Position numbers and translations under genes: made by a program. A stretch of 64,000 bases of DNA from Bacteroidales bacterium (GTDB lineage: Bacteria > Bacteroidota > Bacteroidia > Bacteroidales > UBA12077), in NCBI GenBank assembly GCA_028282585.1, contig JANQHR010000040.1, forward strand, positions 3,715 to 67,714, written 5' to 3'. Below, piece after piece: positions 56,720 through 64,000 of this stretch. The notes beneath the pieces were generated by a model. The model saw only the letters and a list, made by a program, of their open reading frames with translations, had not been told where the DNA came from and searched no databases. The stretch's first letter is position 1. Each line of letters begins with the position of its first letter.

Positions 56720-56973
56720 CAAGAGTGCTATATGAATCCTATGAAGAAACTGGTGTTTTTCATAAAACTAAAAAGGGCAGAGAGGTTGTCTAAGAATTAG
56801 GCTCATTATATTTAAATCTCGGCTTAATCTCTAAAGGCATATATAATTCCTAAGTTCAGCTTAACCACTCTACCTTATATATTGCTCTTGCCAATATGAT
56901 AACATTAACACTGTTTACCCTATCTAAATAAACTTTTTTTTGTTTTAACTGTTTTCTAATAAAACTTTAAAAT

Positions 56974-57552
56974 ATGGCATTTACATTACAAATTGGAGAT
57001 AAAGCACCGGATTTTAATTTACCGGCAACAGATGGTAGTTCATATCAATTATCTGACTTTAATGAGAAAATACTGGTTATATTTTTTACTTGCAATCATT
57101 GTCCATATGTAATTGGTTCTGATGAAACAACAAGAAAAACAGTGGAAAAATATACACCGCAAGGAGTTCGGTTTATAGGTATTAATTCTAATAGTAAAAA
57201 TACTTATGAAGAGGATAGTTTCCCTAACATGGTTAAAAGAATGGAAGAAAATAGTTTTCCATGGTTATATTTATATGATGAATCTCAAGATATAGCTATG
57301 GATTATGGTGCCTTGAAAACACCGCACTTTTTTGTTTTCAATGAATCAAGGCATTTGATATATACAGGACGCGCTATTGATAATCCACGGGATCCATCAA
57401 AAATGACAGTAAACGATCTGGAGAATATTTTAGATAAACATTTAGCAGATAAAGAAATTTGCCCGAAAGTTACAAATCCTATTGGTTGTAATATTAAATG
57501 GGAAGGAAAAGATAAACACTGGATGCCTGCAGAAGCATGTGACTTAGTGTAA
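56974..57552 (+). CDS. Cytoplasmic thioredoxin-fold protein (redoxin family, CNHC active site)
   Basis: [16 protein letters not shown] CxxC motif. Paralogue of 43072-43689 but without a signal peptide. Confidence 0.8.
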   Translation: MAFTLQIGDKAPDFNLPATDGSSYQLSDFNEKILVIFFTCNHCPYVIGSDETTRKTVEKYTPQGVRFIGINSNSKNTYEEDSFPNMVKRMEENSFPWLYLYDESQDIAMDYGALKTPHFFVFNESRHLIYTGRAIDNPRDPSKMTVNDLENILDKHLADKEICPKVTNPIGCNIKWEGKDKHWMPAEACDLV

Positions 57553-57793
57553 AACTGAAAAAGCTACATTAATTTATACATGGCTTTCTTCTTTTTGGTT
57601 TTCATCAATTAATGAAATGATTGTCATAATTTTACCTGATAAAATTGATATAATATAATTCTTGACACATTGCGTGTTGGGATATATTTATAATATTTAA
57701 TAGTGATTCTTTCTAAAAACCTTCCTATAACCCTTACTTGCAATGATGTTCCATGGGATAATTTAGAATGGTTTACTGCAGAATTTATTTCAT

Positions 57794-57801
57794 TAGTTTT
57801 G
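57794..57801 (+). promoter_or_regulatory. Bacteroidota-type -7 box (TAGTTTTG)
   Basis: Matches TAnnTTTG, 74 nt upstream of the ATG at 57875. Confidence 0.35.
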
Positions 57802-57874
57802 TATACAATTATTGTTCAAATCAGTTTAAAATAAGTCAATTTTCATGTAAATTAGATCCTATTAAATTGTCTTA

Positions 57875-60490
57875 ATGAAAAAGGTATTTTTAACACTCTG
57901 TTTTATTACAATTATATTTAATTTATTATCCGGACATGACTATCTAAAAAAACTTTATGATAAAAGTGATGGTTTGTCCAGTACCAATATATTTTCAATT
58001 TATCAAGATTCGGAAGGTTATATATGGATTGGAACGGATCAAGGCTTAAGTCGTTTTGATGGCTATGAATTTATTAATTATTCGGAACCAAAAGAAATTA
58101 TAAACAATCCAATTGTAGACATTGTACAAACCAAAAATGATAAGTTTTTATTAATAACAAAAGACGGGAACCTATGGAAATTTAACCGGGTAAACATATT
58201 AAAGTACTCAGATAAAGAAATATTTCTTAACCATCGATTCACTAATATTGAAAATTATAGTAATCAATTATTAGTATCTTTTTATAACAAGCCCGGATTG
58301 TATAAATTGCTTGAAGATTCATTAATCATTACTGCCAACGAGATAAAAAATGATAAAGTTTTAAAGCTTAAACAAGACCGTAACAACAACATTTTTATTA
58401 CTACAGACAAAGGGATTCTTCAATACAAAAATGACTCTGTTTTTCCTTTGTTAATAAACGATACAACTATATACAGAGATTATCTGATCCAACCTGTTGA
58501 CACAAGTTGGTATGGCAATCAATATAACAAAGAAGTACATTGGCATACAACTAAAGAACATGGAATATTTATTAATTATGATAATTTCTGGGAACATTAT
58601 GCCGGGGATGAAAATTCCTGGTTTACAGATTTAAATGATAATTCTTACGGAGAGGTTTGGGCTTCAACCTTAATAGGGATGTTTCGATTAATTTTCTTGA
58701 ACCCTGATTACGGATATTTATACACTGAACTCCGGCAAAAAAAAATTATTTCAACCTTAATTGATAATAACGATATTCTTTGGATTGGAGCACTTGGTAA
58801 AGGATTGTATCAATTTACGCGAACTAATTTTATAAATTATTTATTTCCTTACGGTTTTCCTGGAACATCAGCGAAAGTTCTATTCAAAGATGGTTACGAT
58901 GATATTTGGTTTGGTGCTAAAAGTTATGGTATTGTAAAACTTCATCCGTATTTCCTTAAAAAATATGATTTAAGGGATAAATATCCGTCGCCCAATGTTC
59001 TTTGTGGCTTAAAAAAGGATTCTTTACTAGTTTTTGGAGGGAAAAACATTCTTTTGGAGTTTAAGGAAGATCATTTTATTGACTTTAACCGTAAAGGATT
59101 ACCTGCAAAATTTTTAATGTCAAACCTGGAATTAACATCTGCCGGTAATTTAGTAGCATTGATCAACAAATCGGAACTATGGGAATATAATGATACCGGT
59201 TGGACAAAAAAAACAATTCCCTCCGAATTAAATATTATTAATAGCTTATATAAGGACTCTAATAATGTTGTTTGGTTATGTTCAAATCAGGGTGTTTACA
59301 GTTATTCCGAAGAAATAGCTCAAAAAAGATATCATATAACCGGTGCAACAACAATTTGTCAATCTGACAGTAATACATTTTGGATTGGTACGGGTAATGG
59401 AGTTCATGTAGTAAAAAATGATTCCTTAACAAATCATTTCACTACGATTGACGGATTAATTAGCGACAACGTTAATTCTATTTCTGCTTTAGATGATAAG
59501 ATTTTTATTGGAAGCGAACAAGGGTTAGTTATTTATTACAATAAAGAATTTCATCAGTTTACAACTAGTTTAGGTTTAATTAGCAATAATATTTCGGAAG
59601 GAAAAATTGAATTTGTTGAAAACCATTTAGCTTATATTGGTACAAAAAACGGTTTCTCAGCATTTGAATTAAGGCATTTCGATGAAAAGTCAAACCCAAT
59701 TTGTAATTTAAATAAAATCACTACCAATAAAGACACAATTATTCTAAATAAAAAAACGAATGTACTCCATAACCTATCTTATTCAGCCAAAGTAAATGAT
59801 TTAAGTTTCTTCTTCAGTATTATTGATTTTAGGCATTCCAATAAAAAGCTTCGGTATAAAGTTTTCAAAAACAGCAAACTAAAAGAAGTAAATGAAATAA
59901 AGTCACCGCAAATAATATTTAAAAATTATGACCCAGGCTATTATCAAGTAGAACTGGAAACAAATACTATTACAAAAAATTGGGAACTACTTTATACAAT
60001 AAATTTTAAGATTAAACCTAAATGGTATAACACAATGCTTGCCTATATTATTTATATCTTAATACTTGCTTCATTAGCTCTTATACCATATTATTTAAGA
60101 AAACAAAGCAAACGGAAAAAGTATAAGACAAGTTCTCTGTCGAAAGTAAAAGCTAAAGATATTATTTGTCAATTGATAGATTTACTGGAAAAAGAAAAAA
60201 TCTATCAAGATCCTGATTTATCTCTCAATTCCTTATCTAAAAAGCTTAGTTGTTCCAAAGAATATATTTCACAGGTAATTAATACCGAATTCAAACAAAA
60301 TTTCAATTCCTTAATTAACAGATACAGGGTTAAAGAAGCTGAATATTTGCTTAAAAATAAGAAGGGAGACTTTAGCTCCATTCTTGAGGTTGGTTTTGAA
60401 GTCGGTTTTAATTCAAAGTCTGCATTTAATACCGCTTTTAAAAAATTTACAAACTATACACCCACAGAGTATCGAAAGAAGTATAGTTAA
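57875..60490 (+). CDS. Ligand-binding sensor with two-component-regulator propeller/Y_Y_Y region, TM helix and C-terminal AraC-type HTH
   Basis: Propeller repeats (IYQDSEGYIWIGTDQGLSRFDG etc.). TM helix (AYIIYILILASLALIPYYL). AraC HTH (ILEVGFEVGFNSKSAFNTAFKKFTNYTPTEYRKK). Confidence 0.8.
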   Translation: MKKVFLTLCFITIIFNLLSGHDYLKKLYDKSDGLSSTNIFSIYQDSEGYIWIGTDQGLSRFDGYEFINYSEPKEIINNPIVDIVQTKNDKFLLITKDGNLWKFNRVNILKYSDKEIFLNHRFTNIENYSNQLLVSFYNKPGLYKLLEDSLIITANEIKNDKVLKLKQDRNNNIFITTDKGILQYKNDSVFPLLINDTTIYRDYLIQPVDTSWYGNQYNKEVHWHTTKEHGIFINYDNFWEHYAGDENSWFTDLNDNSYGEVWASTLIGMFRLIFLNPDYGYLYTELRQKKIISTLIDNNDILWIGALGKGLYQFTRTNFINYLFPYGFPGTSAKVLFKDGYDDIWFGAKSYGIVKLHPYFLKKYDLRDKYPSPNVLCGLKKDSLLVFGGKNILLEFKEDHFIDFNRKGLPAKFLMSNLELTSAGNLVALINKSELWEYNDTGWTKKTIPSELNIINSLYKDSNNVVWLCSNQGVYSYSEEIAQKRYHITGATTICQSDSNTFWIGTGNGVHVVKNDSLTNHFTTIDGLISDNVNSISALDDKIFIGSEQGLVIYYNKEFHQFTTSLGLISNNISEGKIEFVENHLAYIGTKNGFSAFELRHFDEKSNPICNLNKITTNKDTIILNKKTNVLHNLSYSAKVNDLSFFFSIIDFRHSNKKLRYKVFKNSKLKEVNEIKSPQIIFKNYDPGYYQVELETNTITKNWELLYTINFKIKPKWYNTMLAYIIYILILASLALIPYYLRKQSKRKKYKTSSLSKVKAKDIICQLIDLLEKEKIYQDPDLSLNSLSKKLSCSKEYISQVINTEFKQNFNSLINRYRVKEAEYLLKNKKGDFSSILEVGFEVGFNSKSAFNTAFKKFTNYTPTEYRKKYS

Positions 60491-60493
60491 TAA

Positions 60494-62653
60494 CTAATAA
60501 TTCATAATTTCTATATTATCAATTTTGTTATCCATCAAATTCTCAACAAAATAAAGCCAAACTCTTTTCTGAACATACTTTCGATTCTCACTCCAACCAT
60601 GATCTCCTCCCGGCACAACCAAATAATCAAAATACTTACCGGCTTTCATCAATTCGTTTACTAAACGTGCAGAGTTTGAAGGATGAACATTGGTATCGAT
60701 TTCGCCATGAATAATAAGTAATTTACCTTTTAGATTTTTTACCAGTGAAGTATTTGTATAGATTGTATCATTTACACCAATGTTTACTTCTGAATTGAAA
60801 ACGTCTGTCCACCAGCCATGAAAAATATTTGGGTCATGTTGTCCGGCTCTACTTACACCAACTTTATAAAATTCAGGATATTTTAACATTGCTGTTGCAG
60901 TCATAAACCCTCCGCTTGAACCTCCCCAGATACCAACTCTGTCAATATCAATAAAAGAATGTCTATAAGCAAGCTGCTCAATCATAAATTTATTATCCCC
61001 AATAGGATAATCTCTAATATTGGTGCGAAAATATTCACTAAACTCAACCGATCTGCCATAGGAACTCCCTCTTGTATCACACATAACCACAATAAATCCG
61101 TATTGTGCTAAATGAGCGTTATTAAGCCCTTGAAAAAACTCGACAGGTACAAAGTTGTGTTGTGGCCCAGGGTATACAAAGGTTATAACGGGATATTTTT
61201 TTTCAGGATTAAAATCAAAAGGCTTCCACATTACTCCCCAAAGATTGGTAATTGAATCTGTCGCCATTACCTTAAATATTTGTGGATTTTGCCAATCACT
61301 TTTTTCAAGTTCCAATTTATCCGCTTCCTCTAACAATAAAATACTATTCCCTTCTGTATCCTTTAATACCGACTTATGGCTTTGATCGACACGAGAGTAA
61401 ATATCTATATAATATTCAGAATTTGGTGAAATTATAATTTCGTGTTCCGCATTTTCAGAGCTTAATGGTTTGATCTCTTTATTATTTATATCAATCTTAT
61501 AAAACAATGAATAATAAGGATTTACTTCTTTCTCTTTTCCTTTTGCTAAAAAGTAAATATAACTACCAGCTACCGAAACAATTTTATCAACATTAAATTT
61601 ACCTTTAGTTAACTGTTTTATTTTTTTACGTTTATTATCATATAAATAAACATGTCCCCATCCATCCTGTCTCGAAAACCATAGATATTTATCATCCTCA
61701 ATTTCAATAAATTCTTTAGGATAAATATTGGCTGAAGGTTTTTCTGTAATAATTACTTCATACTTTCCTTCTTTATTAACTTTCAATATATCACATTTTG
61801 TTTGAGTTTGATCTATTCTTTGAATAAAGAAAAACTCTCCATTCCTACTCCACCCTAAAAACCAATAATTTTCACCTGTCCACTTTTTCAAATCTGCTTT
61901 AAAAAACATATTATTCTCAATATTATAAATCCAAATTTCGTCCTTACTTTTTTTCTCCTTAGGATTTCTTTGTTTAAAAGTTATAAGAGAAGGTCTCGGT
62001 TCAGTAATCGAATTAATCACCCAATTATCTTCTAATTCTCTGGAGTCTTTCCGAAATGCAACGAAATACTCAGATTTTTTTGACCATGTTATACTTGGTG
62101 GTTGTATTAAGGTATCTTCATTATTAAGTTCATTCGTATATAAATAATCAATATTTCCATTGAAACTATAAAACTTTTCTCCATCAAATGACAATTGCAT
62201 ATTTGCCTGAGACCGATTATCAACGAAATAAAGATTGTTATTTTTACAATAGACTGAATATAAATTATTAGGAGAAAAGTTATTTTCGCTAATTTCAAAA
62301 GGTGTTTCGCTAAAAATGTTAATTGAATTTAAAAATTGATTATAAATATACTTTACTGAATCAACTTGAAATATAAAATTACTATCATCTATTTTGTCAA
62401 TTTGAAGAGTGAGCTTTTGTTTTTCTGCTTTTTTTGGATTAACATAAAAAACATCGATACTATCCCCTTGTTTAACGCAATAAATAAATTCACTATTCTT
62501 GCTTATCCAATAAGGCGATACTTTTTTTGGATTATATTTCTCATTTAACTTACTAATTGTGTACTTATTAGCTAATTGATAATTAGCCTCCATTTTTTGC
62601 GCATAAAGCGAAGAATACCAAATGATTAAAAAAAATAATATTAAATTTTTCAT
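60494..62653 (-). CDS. S9-family serine peptidase (dipeptidyl peptidase IV-like)
   Basis: DPP-IV-like N-terminal propeller. Catalytic GIWGGSSGGFM (GxSxGG). C-terminal ...HGEIDTNV...GGDHG. The signal peptide begins at the ATG at 62653. Confidence 0.85.
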   Translation of the reverse strand: MKNLILFFLIIWYSSLYAQKMEANYQLANKYTISKLNEKYNPKKVSPYWISKNSEFIYCVKQGDSIDVFYVNPKKAEKQKLTLQIDKIDDSNFIFQVDSVKYIYNQFLNSINIFSETPFEISENNFSPNNLYSVYCKNNNLYFVDNRSQANMQLSFDGEKFYSFNGNIDYLYTNELNNEDTLIQPPSITWSKKSEYFVAFRKDSRELEDNWVINSITEPRPSLITFKQRNPKEKKSKDEIWIYNIENNMFFKADLKKWTGENYWFLGWSRNGEFFFIQRIDQTQTKCDILKVNKEGKYEVIITEKPSANIYPKEFIEIEDDKYLWFSRQDGWGHVYLYDNKRKKIKQLTKGKFNVDKIVSVAGSYIYFLAKGKEKEVNPYYSLFYKIDINNKEIKPLSSENAEHEIIISPNSEYYIDIYSRVDQSHKSVLKDTEGNSILLLEEADKLELEKSDWQNPQIFKVMATDSITNLWGVMWKPFDFNPEKKYPVITFVYPGPQHNFVPVEFFQGLNNAHLAQYGFIVVMCDTRGSSYGRSVEFSEYFRTNIRDYPIGDNKFMIEQLAYRHSFIDIDRVGIWGGSSGGFMTATAMLKYPEFYKVGVSRAGQHDPNIFHGWWTDVFNSEVNIGVNDTIYTNTSLVKNLKGKLLIIHGEIDTNVHPSNSARLVNELMKAGKYFDYLVVPGGDHGWSENRKYVQKRVWLYFVENLMDNKIDNIEIMNY

Positions 62654-62969
62654 ATAAATGAAGTTTGAGAATATTCTATTCTTAATTCGAGGATTCATAA
62701 CAAATATAACTCTTTAACTAATTTAAATTACGTAACCATAAATTTTCATCATGTGCAAAAACAATTGAATTTCTTCACAACATTAGTTAGCTAATAAATT
62801 AATTAGTTGGCGGTTCCAAAATAACATTATCGATTGTTTTAAATGTCTCAAATAATGATCTGAAACTTCTTAAAATATTAAACCAAATAAAAACTTGTCC
62901 AAAATCATTATTCAAGACATTTGATTTGCTTTCTCTGAATATTTTTATGTAAAACCTAAAAAACTTGAT

Positions 62970-64000
62970 ATGAAAACTTCTTATTATTTTAATTTTACTT
63001 TCGTTCTAATTTTACTATTTGTTATTTGTAAAACTGCATATACGCAACAGACTAAAATTCTTATTTTACTGCCCGAAAATTATGGTGCAAACTATCATTT
63101 AAATAAAGATAATTTTGAAAATTTTGGCTGGGAAGTTATTGTTGCAGGAACTTCAGCTAACATTACTCCATGTCCGGTTTATGCTCAACCACTGGGATGT
63201 CCAACCGTTATTCCGGATGTTCTTATATCAGAAATTACAGATATTAGTACTTATAATTGTATTACAATAATGTCTGGCAGTCATTGGGCCGGAAATCCGT
63301 GCGGAGATTTTATTTCTAGTACTACAACAATACAATTAATCCAGGAAGCAGTAGAAAAAAATATTCCAGTTGCTGCCTGGTGCACAGGAGTAAGAGTTTT
63401 AGCTGCTGCTGATGTCATAAGCGGAAAAAACGTAACCGGCAATCCAAATTATAGTAATGAATATTCCAATGCAGGAGCAAATTATCTTGGGAAAAATATA
63501 TTACCTGTCATCGACGAAAATATCATAACTTGCTCTGCAGGAGATCACTATAACAAACAAAATTGCAATGCAATATTAGAAATCCTAAACTACAACTTTA
63601 TAGCAAAAAATGAAAATTCAAATGACGCGTATAATTCCAGTGGTCAACACAACGATGGCGGCAAATCAATTATTCATACCAGTTCAGATAGCTTAATTGT
63701 AAGTGGATATACTTTTTCACAGGGTAATGGGAAGTCAGACGTATTAATAATCAAATCGGATACTTTTGGAAATTCTTCCTGGCAAAAAACTTATGGAGGT
63801 TCCGGTTGGGATTACAGTAACTCAATAATTGAAACAAGCGATAATAATTTTATAAGTGTTGGACTTACTACATCTTTTACTTCTAAGAATGTGGATGGTT
63901 ATGCTATAAAGATTGATAGAAATGGGGATTTAATCTGGGAAAACACTTTTGGTGGTGAGAATTGGGACATTTTTAACTCAGTTTGCCAAGATAATAATGA
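62970..64000 (+). CDS. Secreted DJ-1/PfpI-like domain protein fused to repeat region (3' end outside window)
   Basis: I translated this ORF myself; it is not in the track because it has no stop codon. Signal peptide. Nucleophile-elbow-like VAAWCTGVRVLAAADVISGKNVTG. Then repeats of the G..D..I.K.D..G...W.KT.GG type. Confidence 0.6.
   Translation, partial: MKTSYYFNFTFVLILLFVICKTAYTQQTKILILLPENYGANYHLNKDNFENFGWEVIVAGTSANITPCPVYAQPLGCPTVIPDVLISEITDISTYNCITIMSGSHWAGNPCGDFISSTTTIQLIQEAVEKNIPVAAWCTGVRVLAAADVISGKNVTGNPNYSNEYSNAGANYLGKNILPVIDENIITCSAGDHYNKQNCNAILEILNYNFIAKNENSNDAYNSSGQHNDGGKSIIHTSSDSLIVSGYTFSQGNGKSDVLIIKSDTFGNSSWQKTYGGSGWDYSNSIIETSDNNFISVGLTTSFTSKNVDGYAIKIDRNGDLIWENTFGGENWDIFNSVCQDNN

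Noticed and set aside
57662-57690. E. coli-like sigma-70 promoter shape TTGACA-17 nt-TATTTA upstream of the Y_Y_Y/AraC gene.
   Set aside because: Bacteroidota primary sigma factors use the -33/-7 (TAnnTTTG) architecture, and such matches are expected by chance in AT-rich DNA. The TAGTTTTG box at 57794-57801 is the better candidate.

Overview
This is an AT-rich 64-kb chromosomal segment that reads as Bacteroidota. The evidence is a fused LpxC/FabZ, a T9SS C-terminal sorting domain, SPOR/PD40 and Y_Y_Y-AraC architectures, and TAnnTTTG -7 boxes 12-30 nt upstream of several start codons. It holds about 50 genes, mostly housekeeping: an ECF sigma pair, dxr-rseP, tatA, an MltD-like lytic transglycosylase/DUF4837 operon, an initiator tRNA-fMet, glsA, rimP-nusA-infB and lpxD-lpxC/fabZ-lpxA. 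There are also several peptidases (M23, M14, S9), thiol-disulfide oxidoreductases and sensor proteins. I saw no rRNA, CRISPR array, intact IS, integrase or prophage. Five patches look unusual. (1) A 1606-aa UvrA paralogue with four ABC ATPase modules (two UvrA units without a UvrB-binding domain, fused in frame) directly abuts a HepT/MntA-type HEPN/nucleotidyltransferase pair whose HEPN gene carries an in-frame TGG-to-TAG nonsense codon. (2) A ~1.9-kb patch lies between tRNA-fMet and a degenerate tRNA-Met-derived fragment that is split by a 74-nt palindromic insert. The patch contains a GNAT gene remnant and a small ORF translationally coupled to a CBS-domain histidine kinase. (3) A frameshifted IS3-family transposase 3' remnant. 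(4) An orphan SiaC/DUF1987 partner-switch protein sits just downstream of an atypical 1049-aa ABCG-like exporter. (5) A TIGR03032-like gene, an FG-GAP/cadherin T9SS adhesin with 3 x 300-bp tandem repeats, and a convergent TPR-GT41 glycosyltransferase sit together. Locus (5) is my best candidate for an undescribed functional module (adhesin-dedicated glycosylation), followed by (4) and (1). None of these is demonstrated. All calls rest on motif recognition by eye, and no database search or folding computation was run.
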